Assembly (NCBI GenBank): GCA_016188355.1
Contig: JACPHY010000015.1
Location: 1,040-65,039, forward strand
Reading direction: 5' to 3'
DNA from: Candidatus Uhrbacteria bacterium
Lineage (GTDB): Bacteria > Patescibacteriota > Patescibacteriia > JACPHY01
DNA: 64,000 nt
The position numbers and the translations under genes were made by a program. Position 1 is the first letter of the stretch. Every line of letters begins with the position of its first letter. Shown here one piece after another: positions 19,432 to 29,200 of the stretch. Below the pieces are notes generated by a model that was given only the letters and a program-made list of their open reading frames with translations, did not search any database and was not told the origin of the DNA.

Positions 19432-20817
19432 ATGACCCGCGCCGAACGAACGGTGGCCGCGCTCCTCGTGCCTCTCGATTACGCCGCGCTTCTGGCTGCG
19501 GCGGCGATGGCGTATGGGGTACGGTATACGAATCTCGCGACCCGCTGGCCCACGACCACGCTGCTCTCGTTTCCTGAATACGTGGGACGCGTGTCGATCA
19601 TCGCCCTGGGCTGGATCGCCATCTTCGCGCTTGCCGGCTGTTACGCCGCTGGCGCGCGGCGCCGTTGGACCACGGAATTCGGACGCATCGTACTCGCATC
19701 CACGGCAGGATTCGGACTCGTGCTCGCAGTGATCGTGTTCTCACGAGAGCTTTTCGCTTCCCGATTCATCGTGCTCACGAGTTGGCCGCTCGCGATTGCG
19801 GCCGTCGGCATGCTCCGCCTGCTCGTCCGCGCGATGGAACGTATCTGCTTCCTACATGGGATCGGCGCGCATCGCATCGTCCTCATCGGCACGGGACGAT
19901 CCGCCGATGCGCTCGCCAACGCACTCACCCAACGCCCGAGCCTCGGCTACCGCATCGTGCATCGCACGCCCATCCTCGACGACGCCGCGATCGCCATGAT
20001 CACGGCACACTGGCAGCGCGGAACCATCGACGGCGTCATCGACGCCACCACGCCGCCCCACCCGGAGCACATCCGCCAGCTCCTCGACCTCGGAAAAATG
20101 CACCACATCCCGGTCCGCTACTCCGCGGACTTCCTCGCCACCCACGCGCCGCGCATCACCATCGAGACCTTTGCTGGCGTTCCATTGGTCGAGGTCCATC
20201 GCACACGCCTCCTCGGGTGGGGGCGCATCTTCAAACGCGTCGCCGATTGCATCATCGCGGGCATTGCGCTCCTCCTCCTGAGTCCGCTCCTCTTTGCGAT
20301 CGCGATCGCCATTCGTCTCGATTCGCGCGGTCCCATCTTCTTCCGGCAGCAACGCATCGGGGAAGCGGGTCGACCGTTCTTATTTCTCAAATTCCGCTCG
20401 ATGACCGATGGTGCACATGCACAGTGGGCATCACTCCGTACCCAATCGGATCGCTCCGGCATTATTCCGAAGATCAAGCATGATCCCCGCGTGACGCGCG
20501 TGGGTCGGTTCCTGCGCCGCTGGAGCCTCGACGAGCTTCCCCAACTCCTCAACGTGCTCGGCGGTACCATGTCGCTCGTCGGTCCGCGCCCCCATCTCCC
20601 CGAGGAAGTCGCGCAATATGCGACGCATCACCGCATGGTACTCGCCGTTCCCCCCGGCATCACCGGCCTCGCACAGGTCTCCGGCCGCGCGGATCTCGAT
20701 TTTGAAGAAGAGGTGCAGCTCGACACGTACTACGTCGAACATTGGTCCCCCGCCCTCGATCTCGTCATCTGCATTCGAACGCCATTCGCGGTCATACGGA
20801 CACGGGGAGCGTATTGA
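19432..20817 (+). CDS. polyprenyl-phosphate glycosyl-1-phosphate transferase (bacterial sugar transferase, WbaP/EpsL-like initiating enzyme)
   Basis: N-terminal multi-TM region plus the C-terminal catalytic domain FKRVADCIIAGIALLLLSPLLFAIAIAIRLDSRGPIFFRQQRIG...FLFLKFRSM...DELPQLLNVLGGTMSLVGPRP. Confidence 0.9.
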   Translation: MTRAERTVAALLVPLDYAALLAAAAMAYGVRYTNLATRWPTTTLLSFPEYVGRVSIIALGWIAIFALAGCYAAGARRRWTTEFGRIVLASTAGFGLVLAVIVFSRELFASRFIVLTSWPLAIAAVGMLRLLVRAMERICFLHGIGAHRIVLIGTGRSADALANALTQRPSLGYRIVHRTPILDDAAIAMITAHWQRGTIDGVIDATTPPHPEHIRQLLDLGKMHHIPVRYSADFLATHAPRITIETFAGVPLVEVHRTRLLGWGRIFKRVADCIIAGIALLLLSPLLFAIAIAIRLDSRGPIFFRQQRIGEAGRPFLFLKFRSMTDGAHAQWASLRTQSDRSGIIPKIKHDPRVTRVGRFLRRWSLDELPQLLNVLGGTMSLVGPRPHLPEEVAQYATHHRMVLAVPPGITGLAQVSGRADLDFEEEVQLDTYYVEHWSPALDLVICIRTPFAVIRTRGAY

Positions 20818-20885
20818 CGCATCCCTCACGATGCGCTACGTTGTCGCCAGCAGACATCATTCCCAATCTATCCCCCGGAGGGGCC

Positions 20886-21815
20886 ATGGCAAGCACCGAA
20901 ACAAAAATGCAATCCTTCGCGGACCTTGGTCGCACCGCACAGAAATGGATCCTTACACAAGTCGAGCATGATCTTGGATACTGGATCACCAATGAAGCGG
21001 GGGTTCACTGCTCCGCCATCCACATCGTTTCTTGGGTGGGGCTCGTCGTCAGCATCACGGCTTGCGCGTTCACGTTCTGGGGACTCCTGCCTGTTGGCAT
21101 CTTTGGTATCAGCATCCTGGCCAGCGTGGCTGTCGATCGCGCAAAGACCATCGCCCATAGACTACGAGACGTATACCCTTCCGAGCTGCACATGGTCTGC
21201 GCGTTCCTCCGTGCGCGAGTGGATACCACGGAACAGGAAATCATTGGCGCGGAGTCGCCGATCACGCAGCTCACCCAACACCTCGAACGCCTCCAGGGTG
21301 AGGCGCGGAGCACCGCAGCGCAGATCGAAAAGCGCATCGGGAATCCCTCGCCATCCGGCATCCTCCAACCCGATGATCTCCGCATGTCGCAGGAGACGGT
21401 GACGCTCCTCACGCGCGATCTCGACCGCATGCGAAAACACGTGGATGATCTCCGCGCCTTTTTCGTTCGGGCGCGCCAGCAGGTGGACGATCTCCTGAAC
21501 CCGGAGTCCGAACTTTCCCTCAAACGGAAGGTCACCGAGCTCCATGCCGCCGCACAGCAGGCGGGGCACCGCGTCGACCTAGTGCTCACCCAGAGCACGG
21601 TGGGCATTCACGCTGCACTCGAACGCATGCAGGAAGATCTCCGCACGCTCATCGCGGACACCGGCGTCGCTGCCGCCGCCGCACTCCCCGCTACCGGCAA
21701 CGCCGCAGCAGATATCGAAGCGGTCGAACGCGTGGTCACCACGTACCTCACGCAAGCGCATGCGCTTGATCTCTCCATCCCTTCGACCACCACCACAGGA
21801 GGTGCCGCATGCTGA
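20886..21815 (+). CDS. hypothetical membrane-anchored coiled-coil protein
   Basis: TM hairpin IVSWVGLVVSITACAFTFWGLLPVGIFGISILASVAV followed by about 200 aa of helical Arg/Glu/Leu-rich sequence. Confidence 0.45.
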   Translation: MASTETKMQSFADLGRTAQKWILTQVEHDLGYWITNEAGVHCSAIHIVSWVGLVVSITACAFTFWGLLPVGIFGISILASVAVDRAKTIAHRLRDVYPSELHMVCAFLRARVDTTEQEIIGAESPITQLTQHLERLQGEARSTAAQIEKRIGNPSPSGILQPDDLRMSQETVTLLTRDLDRMRKHVDDLRAFFVRARQQVDDLLNPESELSLKRKVTELHAAAQQAGHRVDLVLTQSTVGIHAALERMQEDLRTLIADTGVAAAAALPATGNAAADIEAVERVVTTYLTQAHALDLSIPSTTTTGGAAC

Positions 21816-22417
21816 GCTTCACGATCTTCTTGATGAGCGCAGCGGGCATCATCATCAGCTACAGCATCCTTGGCGAGAAACGCCCATCGCTCTGGGGCGC
21901 CGCCGCTCGCGTGCTCGTCGCGTTGCTAGGGCTTGGTCATCCGATCGTCTTCGAAGATGCAACCGGCCCGGGGTGCGGGTCCGTGGTGACCGCACAACCA
22001 CCCGATGGCCAGCTCGAGCGACACGAACACCTCGCCTGGTGTCCCGATGCGTGCGTCAACGTACCGAAATCGATCAACATAGACATCATATTGCCTAACC
22101 AAAATCGTTTCACCGCGCATTTCCCGGTGCGTGATCCCGTAGCAGCCGTCCGAGCATTCAAGCTCCTTTCCGCGGACACCGTCGTCAGCAACAATGCCAC
22201 CACCGAGGCGATTCGAAAATTGGCAACACCGCATCTCCTCGCGTTCTCCGATGAGCACAAGAACGATCTGCTCGCGCGCAATTTCTGCACCCAGGAAGGC
22301 CTCGATCGCACGGGCCAGGAATTTGCGCAATACCTCGATCAGCACCCAGCCGTCCTCCTGAGTTTCCGGGAGCACGGCATTGCCTTCACCGGAATCACAT
22401 CGCTGGAGCGATGTTAA
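21809..22417 (+). CDS. hypothetical membrane protein
   Basis: Start overlaps the upstream stop (atgctga). N-terminal TM FTIFLMSAAGIIISYSIL. Confidence 0.4.
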   Translation: MLSFTIFLMSAAGIIISYSILGEKRPSLWGAAARVLVALLGLGHPIVFEDATGPGCGSVVTAQPPDGQLERHEHLAWCPDACVNVPKSINIDIILPNQNRFTAHFPVRDPVAAVRAFKLLSADTVVSNNATTEAIRKLATPHLLAFSDEHKNDLLARNFCTQEGLDRTGQEFAQYLDQHPAVLLSFREHGIAFTGITSLERC

Positions 22418-22526
22418 GCAGCCACACACCCGCACCGCTCTGGTGCGGGTGTTGCCTTGACCTCGATACCGGCAACGGATACCATGACCGCGATACTGCC
22501 CTTTTCCAAAATGGGAGACAAGCAAC

Positions 22527-23198
22527 GTGAGTCACACGAACACCGAACTCATGCAGCAACTCCGTACCCGATGGACGACATTCTGGCAGCGCATCGGTGC
22601 TGCGGGGGATGGACCTGCTCTCTTCGAGCAACTCGCGCGATGCTACGAGCACGAGGATCGCGCGTACCACAACTTGACGCACATCGCCGCGTGCATGGCG
22701 GATCTCGACGAGGTCCGATCCCAACTCAACGGTCCCGATGAGGTGACCGCAGAAGCGGCGCTCTGGTTCCACGACGTCATCTACCTCCCCGGCATCGCCC
22801 TCAATGAGCAGTACTCCGAGGAATTCGCCGCGTGGGCACTGTTCGAGGTCGGCGAGGTCCCAGACAAAACGCTGCGTCCGCGCGTGCACGACGCGATCCT
22901 CGCGACGAAGCGCCATGCACATTCGCCGAACCTCGCCACGCGCGTGGTGGTGGACATCGACCTCGGCATCCTCGGCGCGGAGCCCGCCCGGTGCGCACAA
23001 TACTGTGTCGCGATCCGACAGGAGTATTCGTTCCTCGATGAGCGCACGTTCGCAACGGGTCGACTCGCATTCCTCCAGAAACTCGCGAAACGAAAATCGC
23101 TCTACCACACCACGCACTTCCAGAAGAAATACGAAGCGCGCGCTCGGGAGAACATCGATACCGAGATCCGCATGCTCCATACGCTCCTCCGTCGCTAG
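22527..23198 (+). CDS. predicted HD-superfamily metal-dependent phosphohydrolase (uncharacterised family)
   Basis: RAYHNLTHIAACMADL ... ALWFHDVIY ... conserved C-terminal FLDERTFATGRLAFLQKL...YHTTHFQKKYEARARENI; H...HD spacing typical of HD-domain proteins. Confidence 0.5.
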   Translation: MSHTNTELMQQLRTRWTTFWQRIGAAGDGPALFEQLARCYEHEDRAYHNLTHIAACMADLDEVRSQLNGPDEVTAEAALWFHDVIYLPGIALNEQYSEEFAAWALFEVGEVPDKTLRPRVHDAILATKRHAHSPNLATRVVVDIDLGILGAEPARCAQYCVAIRQEYSFLDERTFATGRLAFLQKLAKRKSLYHTTHFQKKYEARARENIDTEIRMLHTLLRR

Positions 23199-23294
23199 CA
23201 ACCATACCGCGCCCCCATCGGGCCGCGGTATTTCCCCACGAAGCAGCGGTACGGCCATTCCGTTATCGGTGTCCTCATTCAGGAATCACGATGG

Positions 23295-23489
23295 ATGCAC
23301 CGATCCCAAAGCTTGCAGGAGACCAAACGGGCGATCTACGCAAAGTACGGTCTGACGCCGCCCGCATGGTGCACGCCGGATGCAGACGACGTCCCGGAAG
23401 GTCTCGGTCCCTTTTGCGATCACCTCTTCCACATCCGCGATCTCACCGCCAAGGCGATGGAACCGCTCTTTGATCCGATACTGCGCTGA
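23295..23489 (+). CDS. small hypothetical protein (64 aa)
   Basis: Isolated 64-aa ORF in an otherwise empty intergenic gap, followed 10 nt downstream by a canonical intrinsic terminator. Confidence 0.35.
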   Translation: MHRSQSLQETKRAIYAKYGLTPPAWCTPDADDVPEGLGPFCDHLFHIRDLTAKAMEPLFDPILR

Positions 23490-23499
23490 AAGCAACCGA

Positions 23500-23527
23500 C
23501 CACCGGCATACTCGCCGGTGGTTTTCA
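23500..23527 (+). terminator. rho-independent terminator
   Basis: accaccggc-atactc-gccggtggt followed by tttc; sits between convergent genes. Confidence 0.55.
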
Positions 23528-23539
23528 TTGCCGCCCATT

Positions 23540-23953
23540 TCATACCGCACCCGTGCCCATCCACTGCCGATAGCGCCGCACGATCGAGTGCATCCAATCG
23601 GGAAACGCCGGATCATCGCCCCGTACCGGAACCCATCGATATTCCGTATGTTCTTCAGAAAGGATGATATCTGAGGACTGGGGATGACAGAGGAACACCA
23701 TCATCGTGATCACCTGACCGTCTTGGCGGGTGAAATGGTGAATCTCGAGTGGCAAGTCGATCGTCGCCGTGATGCCGATTTCCTCACGCATTTCACGCAC
23801 CAATCCTTCGTGGGGACTCTCCCCGAGCGAGAGGCGACCACCGGGAATATCCCACGCGCTCGGCTGATGCACATCATTCGGCCGACGCCGCAACAGCAAC
23901 ACCCGACCCTCATGCACCAACCATGCTTTCGCGGCATTTGCGGGAGGAATCAT
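23540..23953 (-). CDS. Nudix hydrolase
   Basis: Nudix box WDIPGGRLSLGESPHEGLVREMREEIGI (GX5EX7REUXEEXGU). Start taken at MIPPANAAKAWLVHEGRVLLL so that it overlaps the upstream gene by 4 nt. Confidence 0.8.
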   Translation of the reverse strand: MIPPANAAKAWLVHEGRVLLLRRRPNDVHQPSAWDIPGGRLSLGESPHEGLVREMREEIGITATIDLPLEIHHFTRQDGQVITMMVFLCHPQSSDIILSEEHTEYRWVPVRGDDPAFPDWMHSIVRRYRQWMGTGAV

Positions 23954-24783
23954 AGTTTTCCCTCCCGCTCCTGAACGGCGGCGATGCGCCGCACGAGATG
24001 CGGATGCGTGGACCACCACTCTGCCGCGCGGACCCAGTATCCGCGCTCCTCACGTGCTTGAGCAACCACCATCGCCGGGTCAATACGGGCGAAGAGCGTC
24101 TTTCCTGCTGCAAGCGCGAGCAATCCCGGGGTCGCTCCCGCGGGCACCAAGTATGCCCCGTACCGATCGCACGTGTACTCCGCCGCGCGCTGATATGCCG
24201 CACCAAGGAATGGAATGAGCAAACCCGGAAAGAGGAGTGCGCGCCAAACAAGGTGCTTCCGATGAATGTGCGCCAGCTCATGCGCGAGCACGAACGCGAC
24301 CGCATCGTTGCCTTGCGCATACGCCAACTCGAGGACATCGGAGAAAATGACGACGTATGTACTACGCAAAAACTTCGCCGCGAACGCATTCATCGATCCC
24401 CCTGCTTGCAACACGTACACCGCAGGCACCACACGAAATCCCATGCGGTGCGCGAGATCCACCGTCATCGCGTGCACTTCGGGCAACTGCTGCTCCGAGA
24501 TACGCAACGCATTGCCACGAATCATGCCCCAGAACATCCCGTGCGCATGCAGGAGAATAACCCCCCACACCAGTAACCAGAGCATACCCACAATACTAAC
24601 CACCAGCCCGATGTAGACCACTACACTCACGAGCACCAAGAGCACAAAATACACACGCTCCCGAGGATGCACGAGGGTACGGGGAAGCACAGGAGATGAA
24701 GCGACCATAAAAAGATGGCACCGAGATATCAACTCTGCCGACCATGTGATTGCAGGTATACTAGCACGAGATTCGTTGCCCAC
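23950..24783 (-). CDS. M48-family zinc metalloprotease (HtpX-like), membrane-bound
   Basis: Two N-terminal TM helices and HEXXH in AFVLAHELAHIHRKHLVW, with a downstream Glu ligand in AAEYTCDRYGAYL. The true start may be the internal Met at 24708. Confidence 0.8.
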   Translation of the reverse strand: MGNESRASIPAITWSAELISRCHLFMVASSPVLPRTLVHPRERVYFVLLVLVSVVVYIGLVVSIVGMLWLLVWGVILLHAHGMFWGMIRGNALRISEQQLPEVHAMTVDLAHRMGFRVVPAVYVLQAGGSMNAFAAKFLRSTYVVIFSDVLELAYAQGNDAVAFVLAHELAHIHRKHLVWRALLFPGLLIPFLGAAYQRAAEYTCDRYGAYLVPAGATPGLLALAAGKTLFARIDPAMVVAQAREERGYWVRAAEWWSTHPHLVRRIAAVQEREGKL

Positions 24784-24795
24784 CAGTTTCGTTTT

Positions 24796-26040
24796 ATGCG
24801 CTCAAAATTCTTCGCGTTCGCGGCGCTCATTGCGTGGTGCATGCCGCCCCTCGCACAGGCGTGCGCGATTGCGCCGTTTACTCCGCCGGAGGTTACCGTT
24901 CAACCCACCGGACACACCAATATTCTGGTGCGTTGGGACCACGGCGTCACGCAACAGGGAAATGTGGCGATTGCACCAAAATCTGGGCGCGAAACTCTGG
25001 TCATTGCACCCGAACTCCGCGGCAATGCTGCGGACTTTGGATTGGTATTTGGATTCCCCGCAAGACCGGAACTCAGTGAACCCCCCACAGAACTCTTCGC
25101 CACGCTCGCCACGATGACTCGACCATTGCCGCCACCCGTGCAATTTGGAGGATTGTTCGATGGCGCAACCGCGACCGCGCCTCCCAGCACCACTGCGCCC
25201 GAGGTGGCGGTCACAGAAGAACGAGTAATCGGCGATCTCCAGATCACCGTACTCACCGCAAAAAACGGCCGTGCGCTTGAGGAATGGCTGCGCGCACGTA
25301 CGTATGTGGTCGATGCGCAGGATCGAGCAAATATCGCGTACTACCTGAATCGCCGCAATCTCGAGCGCTTCTCGCGTGCTCCCGATCCTCACTTCGTCGC
25401 CATCCAGCTCACCGCGAAAGCACGCGCCGCCGCACAAAACGAACTCACCGATGATGAAATCGAACCCTCCGAGCAACCGCTCGCTCCGTATGATATCCGT
25501 CCAATCGGATTCACCTTTTCCACCAATATGCCGTTTCTCCCGATTCGATTTGCGGCAGACGGTGACCCAACCCAACCCGTGACCCTCTACACCATCAGTT
25601 CGTCGCCACTGATCATTCCCGGCGCAGGACTCGCGTTCCATGGACGCCTGGGCATGGAAGTCCGCGAACCCTCCCATGCGCTCGCCCGTCTCGCCCAACC
25701 CGGAGACCGTCTCCTCCGTTTGGAACTACGCATCGATCCGCGCCGAATCACGCGGGATCCTGAACTCGTTCCCCAATGGACCATCTCCAAGGAAATACGC
25801 CCGACTGTTGGCGATGCACTCCTCATTCTTGCGCCGGAATCCACGCCAATCGACGCAGGCATCGTGCGGCCTGCCCCAGGCGAGCTCCGCGCCATCGACG
25901 ACGCGCCGGCCATTGCTGATCCGCCACCACCACCCGCAGCGCCTCCAACATCCACACGTCATTGGCCATTTTTTGCCGCACAACAGATGCTGCGCCTCCC
26001 ACTCCTGCTCTTCTTCGCGGCGCCCTTTGTGGGCGAATAA
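24796..26040 (+). CDS. hypothetical secreted protein with C-terminal hydrophobic anchor
   Basis: Signal peptide MRSKFFAFAALIAWCMPPLAQA. Pro-rich C-terminus ending in the hydrophobic tail WPFFAAQQMLRLPLLLFFAAPFVGE. Confidence 0.5.
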   Translation: MRSKFFAFAALIAWCMPPLAQACAIAPFTPPEVTVQPTGHTNILVRWDHGVTQQGNVAIAPKSGRETLVIAPELRGNAADFGLVFGFPARPELSEPPTELFATLATMTRPLPPPVQFGGLFDGATATAPPSTTAPEVAVTEERVIGDLQITVLTAKNGRALEEWLRARTYVVDAQDRANIAYYLNRRNLERFSRAPDPHFVAIQLTAKARAAAQNELTDDEIEPSEQPLAPYDIRPIGFTFSTNMPFLPIRFAADGDPTQPVTLYTISSSPLIIPGAGLAFHGRLGMEVREPSHALARLAQPGDRLLRLELRIDPRRITRDPELVPQWTISKEIRPTVGDALLILAPESTPIDAGIVRPAPGELRAIDDAPAIADPPPPPAAPPTSTRHWPFFAAQQMLRLPLLLFFAAPFVGE

Positions 26041-26232
26041 CACTGCGCGCATTGTCGGAATACTCGTCATGCACAGGAACACTGCCCGCACATGGGCAGT
26101 GTTCCGGTATACTAAGCGCAGAGACTCTTCATTGCTCTTGCGAACCCACGAGCCTGTCCCTGACGGTGCACGCATCGCGCCACGCCATGCGCATCGCACC
26201 TGCACCGACGAGGACAGGCCCGTCCCAATCCT

Positions 26233-29200
26233 ATGCTCATGAGCACGCCCCAGACGCGATGGCATCGTCTCGCGCCACTCCTCGTCCTCTGCGCGCTCGC
26301 GCTCCTGCCGCAATCCGTATCCGCAGGCTGGTTCGATTGGCTCTTCCCACCACCGCCCCCTCCCCCGCCCCCACCCGCATTGGAAGTCCGATGCGACGAT
26401 GCACTCCGATGGACCATTCCCAATGTGGAACTCGGGCAATATCGAACGTGCCCGAAAGCCGGTGAGGCGTATGCGGGCGACATCCTCATCATCGACGCGA
26501 AGCACTTCCCCGCGGACAGCGAGGCAAAGCCCGCGCGCATCGCCAAGCTCTACATCTACCAAAACGGCCAATGGCCCACCCGCGCGCTCACCTACGGACC
26601 AACCCGAACCGGGAACGGCAACTTCCGTCTGATGGCGCTCGTGCCCTCGTCCCTCGCGCCGGGCAATTACACCTTCATCCTGCGGGTCGTGGACACCTGC
26701 GGCACACCCTGCACGCGCCCCATACAGTACGAAGGACTCTGTCCGTCCACCGAGTGCCTCCAGGAGCATCGCGACGTCTTCGTGCAGGCATCGTTTGATC
26801 TCCGCATCCGTGATCCCAAACAGGAGGTGCGTCCACCCATCAACCCCGGCAACGGACCGTTCGACTTCACCTGTTCCTGGACCGAAAAAACCTGGAATGC
26901 AGCAACGGAACAATTTGATACGGTAAAAAAATCGAGCAAGGACACCTGCCCCGGTGGCTCTTCATTTTCGCTTAACGCAGGACCTTTTCCACGCGCATAC
27001 CGAGACGAAATGCTCAAGGTGTACCTCCGAGGACCCGCGGACGCAATGGGACTCTGCAAGGATGGCGCGGAGGGTCCCACGCAGTACGGCCATAACGGAT
27101 TCTGCTACTTCCCGCAATACACTCCATTCGCCGGACGGACGTGCGATCCCATGATCGTGTTCCAAGGACCGCGTTGTCGTCAGGGCAAGAGCGACCCCAT
27201 GACCTGCGATGGACCCAATCGTCCGCACTCGCAGACGCCAACGAATTGCCGCATCGCCGTCCAGCATCACCTCGTTGCTCCGCCGGGAACTACCTACGCA
27301 TTGGTCGTGCGGAATTCCTGGGCATCGAATCCTCCAACCCCAGATCGATGGGAGGTGGTCGGGCAATCAGTACTCATCACCGAGCCCATCACGGAACCCA
27401 AGCAAACGTATCGCGGTAAGCAGTTCACCGTCACCCTCGATCGCGATCAGCTCACTTTCGAGAATCCGTACGGATATCCGACGCTCGTTCCGCAGTACAT
27501 CCGAAAAGGACAGCTCATTCCGGGTGCGCGCTTCCAACTGCCGGTGCGCTGGGATGCACCCGCCGGAACCACCTTCCCCTTCTTCCCGCGACACAAGATG
27601 CAGCTCGTCCTAGATGCGGATAGTGCCGGTAATGGCGGAACGGTGCTCCGGGAAGGAAACGCCGCGGAGGCAAAATCGGGGAAAACCACTACGTGGGAAA
27701 ATTTGCAATCACCCAGCGATCTCCAACCGGGGCGACATCGCCTCACCATCCGCTGCACCAACTGCGATGACCAGCTCACCGTCGGCGATCCCGCAATTGG
27801 GAATCGCCCGCGTCCCGTATTCTATGTGCCCACAAGCGTAGAGGTCGAGGTGGTGGATCTTGCCGCTCTCCCCCTGCCCGCCCTTCGCGTACAGCCGACC
27901 GCAGTCGCGCCACACGGAACAATAACGGTATTCGGTACCAATTTTCCACCCGATGCCCGCATCACCGAGGTGACCATTGCGGGACGCGGCGGCAGCGCAA
28001 CGCTCGGCAGCACGTATCGCGCTCCACCATATGAACGATTCACGTTCACCGTGGAAGGACAGCGGGTCACCAAGGAACAGCCTCGCATCGACGTACCCGT
28101 AGCATCCGATGGGCGCATGGCGCTCGTCATCCCACTACCGCCACTCGCCGGAGATCTCGTGGCCGGCCGCGGAGAGGTGCGCGTGGAGGTGACCGTCCGC
28201 GACGGCGCCACCACGTTCAAGAAGCAAACCACCTTCACGATCGATGCGTCGGATTGTCCACTCGGAGCGGAGCGTCCCATTCTTTCCTTTGGCAAAGAAC
28301 GGAGCGATTGGATGGCGCCGACCGTTCCCGTCACCACCGCGGCACCACTCGGGTACTTCCAAGGACAAACGGCGGAAATCTACGGGAAACACTTCGCATG
28401 TCGATCACCCATCACGAAGGTGACGGCGACGTGGAAATCCGGCGGGAACACGTACGGACCCATCGCGCTGCCCCTCCGCAAACTCGAACGCGAGGAAGCG
28501 GCGCCATTTGCCGTCGTGGGTCAAGAGGCAACCAACCATGATGGCACGATCGGGGGGAGCAGCGGACTCGCCCTGCGACCGACCGGATCCCTCTGGTGGC
28601 GCAATCATCTTGATGTGGATCACGTCCTCATCGCGATTACAGATCAGAGCGGCCGCACGAGTGCGCCTACACGGCTTGAGCTCCAGTCGCCCCCCTTCCG
28701 TGCCACGCCGGTCACTCCGAGCGGCGTTGCCGCCGGCGAACGCGCCGCGATCCGGCTCTCCGGTTTTACCTCCGGCCACCGCATTGTCATCGCACCGCTT
28801 CCGAATGAAGGTCTGGGCAATGAGCCGCTCGAATACGCAGAAAATCTCACATGGAATACGGCGCTGGGAAAACGATTTGCGCAGCTCACGAAGAACTTCC
28901 GCCTGGAACGCAATCCGGATACCGTGGACTACCAAATCCCCAGCGACCTCACGACCGGAGTCCACACCTTCGCGGTGGTCGACACCACTGAGGGCGAGGA
29001 GGCGCGCGTGGATTTGAGTCGCCTCCATCATCAGCTCCTCCGCTCGCGACCGCGCGCCCTCTTCACCATGGAGATCGGCGGCAAGAAAACCGCGCCTGAT
29101 GATCAGAAAGACCAGAAGACGGACATTCCGGGGAAAGAAAACCTCGCGATCACCGTAGCGCCCACCACTGCGGCGCCAGGAACCCGCATCACCATCACAC

